From: Macrostomum lignano | Taxonomy: Eukaryota | Assembly: GCA_002269645.1 (NCBI GenBank) | Contig: NIVC01000280.1 | Span: forward strand, 62,001 to 126,000 | Direction of reading: 5' to 3' | DNA length: 64,000 nt | Shown here: piece by piece, positions 47,986 through 61,005 of the stretch | Position numbering within the stretch: position 1 is the first letter of the stretch | How the letters are laid out: every line of letters begins with the position of its first letter | The notes under the pieces: generated by a model | The model's database searches: none | The model's input: the letters and a program-made list of their open reading frames with translations, nothing else | What the model was told of the DNA's origin: nothing | Program-made: the position numbers and the translations under genes

Positions 47986-49599
47986 TCCTGAGCCGCATCG
48001 TTGGAGCTGCGGATTCAGAAACTGGACGGAGAGAAGCTGCTAGCACCGAATCGAGATTAACAAATCTCTGTTGGGAGCACTAGGAACTGTTGACGATGAA
48101 AATAATGTTAGTAGGCTTATCTGATTCAGATTTTTAAGGTAGAGATAATCAAGGCTGTTTATTATCTGATGAAGTAGTACTACCTTTATGCTAGCACAGT
48201 CCTCTCCAGTTCCCAGATCTGAGAGCTCCAAAGTTCATTTCAACTTTATTATTTCATGATTCGAACCAGGTTCTGAAACTCCCAGCATTCAGCTGCATTT
48301 TATTCAAACTGTACAATTTATCCTCCACTGCTTAAGTATTTGAGTCTTGCAGTTAGATGAGAGCTTAAAATACAACATTATTAACTGTAAATTGTACAAA
48401 TATTTTCTAAATACAGCTCTGATTTTTATTTTTCATTTTTGCTGAACCGTACGGCAGTTTTGGTTGAAATCGAGACAGATCTCTCTGGGAAGCCAACTGC
48501 AGGGCTCGGGTACAATGGAGAGCCAGGCACCATCCAATGAGGGCGCTGCATCCCACTGGTTCCATCGCCCCTCTGAAATGCAGAGAGAACGTTTATTTTA
48601 GCCTGCATAGCATTGGGTAGCTCCCCACGTTCAACATAAAGATCCTCAGCCCCCATTCTAACAAATCGCATTTGGACATAAGCTTCGTGGTAAGTAAGCT
48701 TCTAACTTTCTAGTCTGTATATTAATGTTCGTGTATAATACCTAATAAATTGTCACCGATCGAAACGGCAAGCAATTGCCTAACCCACATGCACAGCGTA
48801 CGTATCCTTACACTTTGAACAAGCACTCACGGTCTGCACCATGCATTCAAACATGGCCTACGCGTACTAATAGGAATTGGAGCAGGAAATCGACGCCGAT
48901 TCTAGCAGCAGAAAAATGAATGGCTGTAAAAATCTGGAGAGCGTTGCTAGAATAAGGCTAATCTAATCGGCCTTGGATCAGTTAGGATCGCCTGCACTGT
49001 GGCGTGAAAGCCCTGGGAGAGACGAGAGCGAGATCAGATTGGGAGGCAGAGCTGGTAGGAGAACCGCAGAATATTAGGATTCTAACAGCAATTTCGTGCA
49101 GTCCTTGCTTCTTTGGGGAGAACGCCCAGAGCCAAGTAATGAATTGGCCTCGGAGAAAAATAATGGATGATGTGTAACTTAGTCAGCTAATGCATCTTTA
49201 ATGAGAATAGATTCGAACTGACCCAAACTTTTTCTAGCTAGTGAGGTCGCTACGGACGCCATTTTTATTTCCAATGGTCCTATTCATCTTAAGCTCCAAA
49301 AAATAAATTATCCTTCATTCCATTTGAGGATATCGAGAAAAATTAAGTCATATATTGATATTTTCATAGCCAGCACTTGCTATGAAAATATCGTCACATA
49401 AAAGCAAAAACAAAGTGTAAAATAATGGAAGACATTTGCAGGGGCGGGTGTGCGCACAGAAAGCTCATTCGCGTGAAAACTATCTGGACAAATAAAAACG
49501 CCATGACCCTACTGTTAGGGTGAATAAAGCAAGTAGCACGAACCATGAACAATCTAAAAATAGTCATTTACTCAATGCTTATTCGTTCATCGGTTACAG

Positions 49600-49930
49600 T
49601 TTGACACTGTTGTGAGTGAGTAAATCTAAGATCCTCTTGGTCCTTGTGCCCCTTCCCGACCCCTTGGCCTGGCCTCCAATATAGAGCTGGATAGGTGACG
49701 CCCTTGTGGTTTGCAGCCTTATAGGTAGTCGCGATATCCTGCCTGATAGGAGACTCGCCCTCGGATAAAAGCCTTCCAGACTCGCTCCAATAGTTAGGCC
49801 TTTTTCCAAGACTTCTGGGTTTCCCCGCTCTTGGATGGCTTTAAGTAGTATACCCAACATTTTTCGATTTTCCAATTCTGTTTTTGGCGCACTCCCGAGG
49901 ACTTGTCTGCTGGGTGGACTCTGTCCTAGC
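49600..49930 (-). mobile_element. Possible decayed LINE (RT C-terminal region) fragment
   Basis: Frame-shifting pieces LLERVWKAFIRGRVSY and TTRASPIQLYIGGQAKG resemble the LYxAxxRPxxxY and TTP..LPPLxLYI segments of LINE RTs. Weak. Confidence 0.35.
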
Positions 49931-50862
49931 ACCGTCCCTGATTCAAATTTTTGGGTTGGCGGTGTCTTGTACCATAGGCTTGGGTTAGTAGCACCAAAAT
50001 TCCCCCTGGCCTAGACGTCGGGGTCCAATCAGGTGGGTATCTCGGGCTTAGGCCCCTGGAAGTGCCCCTCAGCGGCAGAGCCCCCCTCAGGGCTGATCCG
50101 CGGGAAGCTCGCTCTTTCCACCCTCGTTTAACAACAACAACAAATCTAAGATATACGAGCGCATGAGCCATATATGTGGCTTAGTCGATAAACAATTGCA
50201 GTAAAAGTATATTTAAATGATACTTTACAAGTAAAATAAACAAAATTTGCAAATGAAGTGTCATGACTTATGGAGTGGGGCCGCGCGGTAGGGGTGAAGC
50301 TTGGTTAGAGCCTAGTGAGCAGTACGTACGGTAATGTACATGCGCGGGCCACCGTGCCCCTTGGCCTAATAAATATAATACAGAGCGTGGAGGGTTTTGC
50401 CTCAAGTGAGTTACTCCAAAAAAGCGATTGACTTGACTTCATTACAGAAGTATACAATAAAATGATTTAAAAAGGAACAAGTAACATGAAGGATGAAATT
50501 TGAAGAGGAGAGAAAAATATGACGCGCATGTGTAAGCAAATAAAGTATGAGACAAGTACACCTATATACAAATTGACGTTGTTCATGAAGGATGCATCCT
50601 TTATGTTTCTTCTTCATTCCATGTATCTTCTTGCTCATACTTCATTTGTATATTTTGTTTTAATTAAATATCACTTAAATATATTTTCATTAAAACTTTT
50701 TATCGACTGCCACATATGGCTCCTATATCTTAATGTTTTACTCGCAGCAGTGTCAAACTGTTACCGATGAACGAATAAGCATTGAGATTGTCCATGGTTT
50801 GTGCTACTATTTAGAAACTAAAAGTTGAGTAGCAGCTGCTAAATAGCAGTTAGCAGTGCCTC

Positions 50863-51318
50863 ATGAAATTGGTCCCAGGAGTCGAGCATGCCGATGAGTG
50901 GCACATAGTTCAAGCTGACACTGATAATCGACCATCAGCCTTGCCTGAATTCCTCGGTACCCCCGGCGCACGACACGACCACGACCTGGCGCATGCTGTG
51001 GATGGAAACGAAGAAGCTTTCCTGAAGCTATTTCTGACGGATCAACTGTTTGAAGATATTAGCCGATCGACCAACGCAAAAGCTTGGAAGATCTTTCAGG
51101 AGGCAGAGACCAAGGATTCTGTACTGAAGCTGGTGTTAAACTGGCGTGATTGCTCAACTAATGAAGCTCGAAAGTTGGTGCTGCTCATGGGAGTCGACAA
51201 GAAGCCAGAAATAGCCAGCTACTGGTCAACCGATCTGATCTTTCACTGCCCGTTTCTTTCCAAGCCTTTCTCTCTATCAACAGACAGATTTCTCTTGATT
51301 CCACCCGCTCATGGTTAA
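50863..51318 (+). mobile_element. piggyBac transposase fragment (PGBD-like, N-terminal part)
   Basis: FLKLFLTDQLFEDISRSTN, NWRDCSTNE, LLMGVDKKPEIASYWSTD and DRF follow the piggyBac transposase pattern; truncated before the DDD core. Confidence 0.8.
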
Positions 51319-51536
51319 TAGGATCAAATTCAAATCTTCTGGGATCAACTTGAGTAGAAAGTTCTGGCTCGTAAATAAGCAGCGCTAGTCAGATTAAGCT
51401 ACTGTATTTCAAAAGCACACCATTTTACGATGCATTGGTTGGTCTATTTCGGAAACTCAAATGTCGTTGACTCGCTTCAACTGCATCTTACTGCATCGAA
51501 AAAAAATTACAGGTCATTTCAGTGTGGCTCCCACCG

Positions 51537-52975
51537 ATGTCTCCGTTGAGTTCGGTAGTCCTGCTCTGGCTGGTGTTTCCGCTACTCCATCTGGTGGCTG
51601 CTCTCGACCCAGCAACCAATGCTGATGTGCCCGCCTGCCGCGCCTTGGCTGCTGCCGCCGGTTCCCAGACTCTTCCCTCTTGTCACGTGATCTTGGCCCC
51701 CACCCTGTTTGGCTATCAGTGCAACGTCTCTGTGATGATCGAGGTGAAGACTGTATATGGCTTGGACGAGTCCGAGCTGCTGGAGTGGTCGGGCTGGGTG
51801 CTGGTGGTCTGGCAGGACCTCAGACTGGCCTGGAACGACAGCGACGGTAACGTGCCCCAGTTGAAGATGACGCGCGGCCAGATCTGGATCCCGGATGTGG
51901 GATTTTGGAACGCCAAAGAGATCGAGTTCATGGACTTGCGCAATGCCAAATTCAGCGACACGACGGTTTTTGCCAACGGAACCGTCAGTCTGTGAGTTAA
52001 AGTATTTTAAGTCTGACTTCTGCTGATCTTTCGCGCCAAATACTACTGTCTTCTGTGACAAATTCGATACACTCGTAGGAAATTGATGCTTGCAAGATGC
52101 AATGGAGCCGTCCATTCTATATACGGTAAGATATCACAAAAGCCCCCGACTAGGCAAATAGCTACTGAGATTAATTTACGATGCATAGTTAACTTGTTAG
52201 AACCAATAACAAAAATATGAGATCGTAACAACCTGTGAATAAAGCAGTTAATCAAAATTTACGTACTCAGACCTGCTATTCTGAAGCAGAATGCCAGCTA
52301 ATCTAAATAATTGTTCGCAGGTATGTGCACACAGTGATTCGGTTTCCGTGCCAGATCGACATGTATCTGTTTCCATTCGACACCCAGACGTGCAAACTGG
52401 AGTTTGGTGGCATCAGCTCGGATCTGCACTTTTTCAACTTCACTATGGAGAGTCGCATGAGCAGCGCTAAGGTGGACTCAACCTTCTACTCCGTTGGCGA
52501 GTGGCACCTGGAGAGGCTGGACCAGACCTCTTCCAAGTACAACGCGGCGGGTCAGGAGTTCGGCTACTATAGCATCGAGTTCCATTTGAGACGAAAGCCG
52601 CTGTACTACGCGGTGCTCATCTTGCTGCCATTCGAGATGCTGTCACTCCTGGCCTGCGTGATGTTCTTTGCCCAGGAGCAGGGCGATCAGGCCAGCATCT
52701 CCATTGCCATCATCATGTCAATGTCGCTCTACATCCTGATCGCTTCACAGTCGGCTCCCAAGTCCATGAACCAGATCCCACCTCTGGGCTACTTCCTCAT
52801 GGTGCAAATGCTGGTGCTCATATTCTGCACCTTCGCCGCCGTGGCAGTGTTTGAGCGGATTAACTCGGAGCGAAAACGGCGATTCGGTGTGATTGGCTGC
52901 GGGATCTACCTGACTCTCTCGGCAGTCAACGCGGTTGGCTTTTTATACCTATGGCCGCTGCTGGCTGCTCGCTGA
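51537..52975 (+). CDS. Cys-loop pentameric ligand-gated ion channel subunit (nAChR-like, non-alpha)
   Basis: Exons 51537-51991 and 52321-52975 (phase 2), 369 aa. Signal peptide, WQDLRLAWN, IWIPD, Cys-loop CQIDMYLFPFDTQTC, GEW, LRRKPLYY, four TM helices. Confidence 0.92.
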
Positions 52976-53088
52976 GGCCGGAGAGAAGCGGGGAATCTCG
53001 CTAGTATTTGGCAGCAGCAACCCGAAGAGTGCAAAGCAGTAGAGCAATGAATGCAAATAATTTTAGAATTTTAGCTAATTTTTATGTC

Positions 53089-53094
53089 AATAAA
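53089..53094 (+). promoter_or_regulatory. Candidate polyadenylation signal of the Cys-loop channel gene
   Basis: AATAAA 114 nt after the stop codon, in U-rich context. Confidence 0.4.
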
Positions 53095-53269
53095 TTGTGG
53101 CGGGCGTTTTTCAGTTTTTATCAGGTTTTTTAGAATTGCAACTGACTTATTGCTTTCATCAGTTTGCGCTCTTATTCTAACTTACTTTCACCGGGACTAA
53201 TTGTCGAGACAACTGCGTTAATATTGTTATTTATAATGAAATAAAAAGCGGTGTATACTTTCTTTACAA

Positions 53270-54300
53270 TTGCTTTACTCTTACTGCTATCAGTAAGAGC
53301 TTCAAAAACAAATTGATAGAATCAATTAAACTATCGGACACAATTGGTTGTAAAACTTGAAGAGTTTATATTGGGTGGTGATCAGTCACTCAATAAACTC
53401 CCACTTCTAGACACTGGGGAACAAGTGCCTAGGTATATACAAAATCGAATAACTCTTACTGCAGCGGATACTCTTGCGGTCGGTAGTGGGCGGAGCTCCT
53501 AGTCTTGTTGTCTGTAGGGCTAGCTAGCTTGCTGAGCGGTTGCGGCGGCCGGTTCCGGTGAACAGCTGTGTTGTCTCCTGGAGTCCTTAAATTTATCTGT
53601 GGGTCGACCAAAACGAGAGCGAATCAGAATTCTTGACGATCCTCGAGCTCGGAATTCACAATAGAACGTGCGCCCTTATGAACAATTGAATTCTTTAACT
53701 TTCTGTAATAGGTCCTCCAGAAGGGCGTCTTCTTCGTTACGTCCGAAACGTAACGGAAAACTCAAATCAACTCAATAATCCTCTAGGAATATATCCTAGG
53801 AAACAAGGAGGCCTTTCTCAACAAATGTGTTGACAATAAGTGGCTCTCGTAAACTCAATTAATCAACTTATTAGTGCTATAGCAAAGAACTAAAACAGGT
53901 AACGCTTACTAATCTGTCCGGATTTCTTCTCTCAGAGATGGGTCTTCTTAGTTAACGTATTCCAAGGTATTCCTTGAGACCGCTCCGAGTCTGAATTTTT
54001 GACTCGGATTTTCGCTTATATTTATAGTAAAATTTTGATGAAAAACTGGTTTAAAATCGGTTATTTACTTAGGTCACGTATGTTTGATTAAGAGGTCATG
54101 AATGTTTGATCATTTCCATATATGGAATTAAACAAATAAAACTCCCGAGAACCGGTTCCTTGATCAAATAAACGTCGTTCCTACGTAGGGCTCTGAGTCA
54201 CTTCGCGCATGACTTGCGCATGACTCCTTCTAAAAACAGAATTTCTAAAAATAGATATGACTCATCATGACTCATTAAAAAAATAGGTTGCGAGTTTAAA
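53270..54300 (-). mobile_element. Possible LTR remnant with a degenerate tRNA-Leu-type primer-binding site
   Basis: Minus-strand TATAAATATAAG near 54020, several short hairpins, and GTGTCTAGAAGTGGG at 53414-53400 resembling the TGGTGTCAGAAGTGGG PBS. Boundaries and TSD not found. Confidence 0.3.
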
Positions 54301-56578
54301 TTGATTTTATTAGAAAATTAATTTGAGTAGTGCAATACGGTATGCCTAACGAATCTGTACAAACTTGTACGCAGCTAACTGGACTGTGTATGCTGTGTTT
54401 TGCCCTAGGTTGCTTTACAAAATTCACAATTGCGCAGCGCTATACAACCGCCGGTTTTCGACTTTCAGTGGCGGATTCAATTTGCAGAGGCACACGCGCT
54501 ATTCCGCCTGCCGCTGCGCACGAAGGCTTACAACCACACTAAGATGAAGGAGATGAAAGAGCAGATCAAACTGAGACTCTTTTATGCTTACACAGTCAAT
54601 TCGCAGTTTTCGTTGCCTCTATACTGGCAACAAGACTACAAATCCACCTAAACAATTTGCTAGCAGTTTTTTCAGTAAAAGATTAGAACTGTCTCAGAAA
54701 ATGCAGCCATGCAGCGCTCAAGGTGAACTTAATTTTGACTGATTGGTCAACCTTCTGTAAAAATGCAAGAGATTATCAACTTGATCAGTCTAGTAAAAAC
54801 ATTCTAGCAAAATTAATATCAAATATTCTCCTTATATTTTAAAACAAAGCGTACACAAAAAATTAAATTTTTGTGTACGCTCGTACTCTTGTAGGATGCA
54901 GTGAGTGGCCGAGGGCCGCCAGACGGCCCAATATTAAAATTTTGATCTTAACTATTCCCGATCTACTTGTTCTACAGAACTGTTACCACGTAATGTACGT
55001 AAAGTAAAATACACGTATAGCTTACAACGTACGCTAAATTGGCGCTAAAATATTTTGTTCAGTGACTGGCAAATAAAACTTTGGCCCCTCGCCAAAAATA
55101 TTTCGTTGCGCCTGATTACATGTTTGTTGTGGTGACATTGCGACTATGGATCGGTAATTTTAGTAATAGCTACTTTGTAACTCACCTGTGGCTCTGGCTT
55201 GTGACCCCCTCCTGATGAAAATCCTAGCTATGCCACTTGCATGATGAGACTATTGGATCATTGATAGCTACTATAAAGTTGAACAGAAAAAGAGACTCAG
55301 ATAAATGTGAGTAAAGTTATTCTCAGAAATTTTCATCGTAAAAAATAAAACCATGAAAACGTAATTATGTCATTAGGGGCCGGGGTTAGCCAAAGCTATC
55401 TAAGTTTTGAGTGCACATGAAGGTACAAGTTAGAACCCATGCACAGATAGGCAGCAGAAATAAAACAGCTTAGCCTAGAAAATAATATAACTTTGTCAAA
55501 CATTTACATGTTAGTTACGAAAAATTCACGAGTTCCGCGAATTGAGCATGCTAGGGAGAATAAAACAAAGCAAATTATAGGAAAGAAAACCATAAATTTT
55601 TTATTTCACAAACTTTGTAATAAAAGGAAAAATTGCTCCATATCGACCATTTACTCAATGTTTGCTGTCTTAAAACTGTCAATTCTTGAGTTATAGCGTT
55701 GTCACGCTCGTATCTCTTTAACATTTATCAATATTTTAGCTATATGTATTATAGGTTTTAGAGTGCTTTTGATAAGCTGGTGTCGTATCAAATCATCTAG
55801 CATCAGGTAGCCAAAGTCCCTAGCTAGTCCTAACCTAAGTCCAACGAAGAGTAAAGGAATCAGTAAATATAAAACATTTAATCACAATGTCGTGCAATCC
55901 AGTTCTATATCAGCTATCTTATTTTATTTTCTTTGTACATTAGTTTAGAAAGAAATTAAGATAAAAAATAAAAACATATGCAGTTTTATTTAAAGCGCAT
56001 TAAAACTAAAGCTTAGAATGGATATTTAGGATATTATTATTTTTTGTGGATTTTTGAATTGGTAAAATTACTAGTAAAACCTAAAAAGCATCCTGTAACT
56101 ATGTCTATAAGTCTGAAACTTTAGCTTTAGTGAAGTTCAGGAAAATATAATATTTAAGAAATTTATGCATTATTTGTATCATATTTTATGCACTATCAGA
56201 TATTAGTTAATAGGCCAATTTTGCATAAATTTATATATAGTCTTAATTTTATTTTATAAAATAATTTGTATTTTTATAAACTTGTATTATGTGCAGACAT
56301 GTCTACTTGACTCTACTATACCTTAATACCTACCAATAATCGAGAAGCACTACAGACAATAGAAAGTTTCTGTTTAATTACTGTTTAAGCACACTTAAAC
56401 AATTACTTGTATATTGACTATATTAAAATATTTGATAAATATTTGTACATTAAAGAAAGTGCTAAAAATGTAATTTATTTGTTTCAAATACATTAAATAT
56501 TTTACTACTGAATAATTTCATGTGTATTTGATAGTTAATTGCTATGTGGACAATGATTATATCTTAACATTCTCACAG

Positions 56579-58703
56579 GCTTGGTACCTGTGGACGGCAG
56601 TGGTGGGGGGCTGCCTGCTTGGCTACGCTACCATCTCCTGCCTTCTGCTGCGCTACCCAAGCGTTCTGCATCGGCGCAAGCGCAGGACGTTCGCGGCCGC
56701 CCACATCAGTCACCGCGGCGGCGCGGGCGAGCTGGCCGAGAACACCATGGAGGCGTTCCGTGCCGCGGTGGTGCAGCACGGCACCCACATGCTCGAGCTG
56801 GACTGCCAGATGACTCGAGACGGCTGCGTAGTAGTTGCTCACGATGAGCAGCTGGACAGGCTGTGCGGCTGCGAAGGCCGAATCGATGAGCTGGACTATG
56901 ACCAGCTGCCTCCAATCAGCGCACGACTGGGGATCACGTTCTCTCCTGGAGCGGAGATGGCGTCCGGCACTGATAGGCGCATACCGAAGCTCGAGGAGGT
57001 CCTGCGTGCGTTTCCCGGCCTGCCAATGAACGTCGATGTGAAATTTGATAGGTAATTTTTGTGACAAGCTAACTCACGTATTTCTCAAGTTAGCTTTGGT
57101 TGAAAATCGTTTGGCCCTTTCTACTGGCAACTAATAGCCTGTTTACCGAAGTCGCCATCGGCTATGGAGCAATCATGCGACAGCTGCTTATTGTGCTAAA
57201 GGACCTTTGGGACTCGATAGCGGTATGGCACCAATTGTGCTAGATGAGCTTTGGGACTCGATAGCGGTATGGCACCAATTGTGCTAGATGAGCTTTGGGA
57301 CTCGATAGCGGTATGGCACCAATTGTGCTAGATGAGCTTTGGGACTCGATAGCGGTATGGCACCAATTGTGCAAGAAGATATTTAGGACTCGATTGCAGT
57401 ATGTAAACTTGTGCTAATAGACCTTTGGGACTGGATGGTAGTGCCTCCTAAAGGTAGGAATCCAAAAGACCTTGGACTCGGTTCCAATCGTAAGATTCTA
57501 CCGAATGCAAGGCAAGATTTTGAATCTATGAATAAAAATAAATGATTTACTGAATGACTGAAAAGGCTCAAAAGTGATCTTGATAATATAAAAGTCAATA
57601 AACTTATCAGATTAAAGCATTTAAATGGTCGGTAATGTCAACTTAAAACCCAATGCAGCCATAGCTTTAACTTGACTTGTTTGTGGACCCTGTGTGACCA
57701 CAATGACCAAAATGTCTGCGATTTTCACTGGAACTCCTGAGAAAATTAGTCAAAGAAGGCTTCACCACAGGCTAGATTTTGCATTTTCTATTTAAAATTT
57801 ACCTCAAAGTTCTTTCCTCACTACAGGCGCGACCTCATGGAGTCAATTCTGCGCATGCTTCGCGAGCACAATCGTCTCGACGTGACAGTGTGGGGCAACT
57901 GGTCTCACCGCATCGTCACCCAGCTGGCCCGCCTGGAGCCCCGGGTGCCCCGCCTGTTCTCTCTGCGTCGCATCGGCCTCGTGCTCCTGCTATTCGTCAC
58001 TGGCCTGCTGCCGTTCGTGCCGATCTCTGAGACTCACTACGAACCGCCGATGCCGTCAGTGTTCCTTGATCCCAGCGCCAAGGAGTTCTGGCGCCGAGTA
58101 CCATGCCCGCTGCGCTGCCTACTGCGGGGCCTGTTTTGGGTCTTGGACTGTCTGATCATGTCCCCCATGCTGATTGGCCACCTGAGGCTGCGGGGCATCC
58201 CCACCTTTGCCTGGGTGGCCAACACCGAGGAACAGTTCGTCAGGGCCTTCCGGTGAGGCCTTATCGCCTGACGGACTTGCGTACACTTCAATTCTTTTCT
58301 TTACCTGATACTTTCTTCATACACCTCACCTGGCACGTACAATACTCGCCTGACACACACACCTAGAGACTCGTACTTGATCAAAGATTGTTCCAACTTG
58401 GTCGAAGTAATCTTTATGTAACTTTAAATAGTTTTCACCCGACGAACTGGAATCCTCCCGATTCCTAATGACTCTCTCATCTCCTCATTACAAACCGACA
58501 TTCCCAGCGCCGGATGCGAAGGCGTCATGACCGACTATCCATGTCGTCTGCGCGCTTTCATCGACTCAAATCCCTGGTGCTTGAGAGCCTACAATGAAAC
58601 CGTGGAGTCTCTGCAGGAGGCGGCGGCGACAACGAATGCCACTGAGGGCGACCGACTCATCAAGAAGGAAGATCAGCAGCAGCAGCAGACGCTGGAACAC
58701 TGA
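56579..58703 (+). CDS. GDPD1: Glycerophosphodiester phosphodiesterase GDPD1/GDPD3 (GDE4/7, lysophospholipase D); start exon unresolved
   Basis: Exons 56579-57051, 57827-58252 and 58508-58703 (phase 2 joins). N-terminal TM, ISHRGGAGELAENT, MLELDCQMTRDG.VVVAHD, IPKLEEV, PMNVDVK, HLRLRGI and GVMTDYP. Confidence 0.92.
57203..57400. repeat. 44-bp intronic minisatellite, about 4.5 copies
   Basis: Unit CTTTGGGACTCGATAGCGGTATGGCACCAATTGTGCTAGATGAG. Confidence 0.9.
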
Positions 58704-59621
58704 AGGCAGCAACCGCAAACTTATCGAAAAAGTAGCCATTGATCTCTGTTAATTACATGTTGATCTTCCATGCTGCTTTTTAAAGCTGCTAATCATGCTA
58801 TTTAAGTATCCAGTCAAATTATATGGAACAATTTTTATACATTTTATATACTATTTCCTATAGTGCTCGAAGTATGACTACTAAAAGTAGACAAATTTTG
58901 TTGAATAACCATGACTCCCTTGTCTTATTTAAAATTTGTGCTATTTCGTAGATATGACTTTTCCAATTGCGAGTAAATTGCGCACTTAGCTCGTAAAATT
59001 ATTTTGTCTGCAACCGTACTACTTACATTATTCTGAAGCTTTTAGTTTGGCTTATATTCAATTATGTACTTAAACGCTTTCAAAAAAATTGTATATACGT
59101 ATTTTTAAGTAACTTTTGCTGCAATTTTTTTAGGACAAAGAAAAAAATGGAGATGCTTTTTAAGAAGCCTAACTATTGGAAACAGGAAATAAAACAAAAC
59201 TAACTTGTGCGTTTTCCAAATGGAATTTTCCTGGGATATTGGGATGCGGCACCACAGATTTTATACAAGTTTTGTCAGTCACCTAAATTTTTAGGGCACC
59301 TTATTTCACAATTTGGCATGAATTTGGGGCGGCTCATCTTCCGTTTCGGGGGAAGGCTTTTTCTTCCCTAGCAACGCTGCAGGGAGGCCCACATGAGCTC
59401 CCTGACTGGCACCTCGCCTTTGCTCTAAGTGGGTCTTCGGACAATTCAAGTGCTCTTACTGTCATTCAGCGGTCCTTGAAGCTGGCCATGATTGGCTGCC
59501 GAAATTCAGCCAATAACAGGTCAATCTAACTTTCCTATAAAGCTTACACCCACTGCTTCATGGTGAGACGTCTCTGCAATGTTTTTTTTAATTTGTCAGT
59601 CAATAAATTCCACCAAGAAAC

Positions 59622-60528
59622 ATGATAAATCTGAGCTTTTGCTTGCTGCTTCTATCCTTGAGGGAGGTCGGGGGTTTGAACCCCACTTGCGCGAGCCGGT
59701 GGCGGTGGGTGCGGACGCAGCTGTGCCCTCCCACTCCGAGAGCAGCGGAGCTCCTGCAGCTGCCCACCCAGCTCCAGTGCATCCGAGTGTGCACGCTGCG
59801 GCTGCCGAAGTGCAAGGCGGCTCACTTCAAAGACTCCGTCTGCTCTCTGGCTGTCGACTTCTCACAGCTGCTGCTCTGGTCGACCTCGGGAGGACTCGGC
59901 CAGTGCAGCAGCCTCACGCTGGCGCCCGTCCTGCTGCAGCTCCTCGCCTTCTTCGACTTCAGGGAGTCGCTCGAGAAGGCGGCGGGCAGCGCGAGCATCA
60001 GCTCCGAGGGCTTCGACGTGACGAGAGACTCGAGCGGACTGCACTTTGCTGGGAGGATGACGTCATACCTGAAGCTGAGCATCCCGGGAGAGCAGTGAGC
60101 TTCTTCATGAAGGTGCGACGGCCTTCAAGGCCAAAAACGTCTACATGAAGATGTACTCTGACCTTGGTTCAAAATTGACCAGCTTTTACGAGTACAACGG
60201 AGCCCTGACATTCAACTACGCACCACTGGGCAGGCAGTTCAGTGCGACGTCGCAGTTCATGCAGACGGACGCCGACCCCGCCGCGTTCTTCCTGGCCGTG
60301 GCCGCCAGCAACGTCACCGGCGCTTTCGTCTTCTTGGATGACCGTTTCTACGAACTAAATGGCTCGGGATTCGATCAGCTGACCGCTGACTCGGAGATTC
60401 GACTTGGCTACTCATCAATCGGAGATGACGGCTGCCTGTCCGGGACCGTAGTCTGCTTCGGCATCGCTCAGTGGAAGCTGAGCGCAAGCGCAGAGCAGCT
60501 TGGCGGACTGGCCCGATTGTGTAACTGA
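59622..60528 (+). CDS. Secreted protein with a PAN/apple-like module and a LamG/concanavalin-like domain; two 1-nt deletions
   Basis: Signal peptide MINLSFCLLLLSLREVGG; LQCIRVC...CKAAHFKDSVCSL (PAN-like); AVSFFMKV; IRLG...LSGTVVCF...LSASAEQL...C. Adding one G near 60092 and one near 60115 gives a 302-aa ORF. Confidence 0.6.
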
Positions 60529-60539
60529 GTCACTTCAGG

Positions 60540-61005
60540 TGTGGCCTGCTGTAGTGTGTGCTGTAGTGAGCTGTGGTGTGCTGTGGTGTGCTGTGGTGTG
60601 CCGTGGTGAGTTGTGGTGTGCCGTGGTGAGTTGTGGTGTGCTGTAATGGACTGTGGTGTGCTGTGGTGTGCTTTGGTGTGCTGTGGTGTGCTGTGGTGAG
60701 CTGTGGTGTGCCGTGGTGAGTTGTGGTGTGCTGTAATGGACTGTGGTGTGCCATGGTGAGCTGTAGTGGACTGTGGTGTGCTGTGGTGAGCTGTGATGAG
60801 CTGTGGTGTGCCGTGTTGAGCTGTAGTGGACTGTTGTATGCTGTGGTGAGCTGTGATGAGCTGTGGTGTGCCGTGGTGAGCTGTGGTGAGCTGTGGTGTG
60901 CCGTGGTGAGCTGTGGTGAGCTGTGGTGAGCTGTGGTGTGCTGTGGTGAGCTGTGGTGAGCTGTGGTGTGCTGTGGTGTGTGCTGTAGTGGACTGAGGTG
61001 TGCTG
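60540..61005. repeat. 10-bp minisatellite GCTGTGGTG(T/A)
   Basis: About 46 degenerate copies directly after the stop codon at 60528. Confidence 0.92.

Noticed and set aside
51537-52975. Bacterial (GLIC/ELIC-like) origin of the short-loop channel by horizontal transfer
   Set aside because: It has a spliceosomal intron, a true C-x13-C Cys-loop and nAChR-like motifs (LRRKPLYY, GEW).
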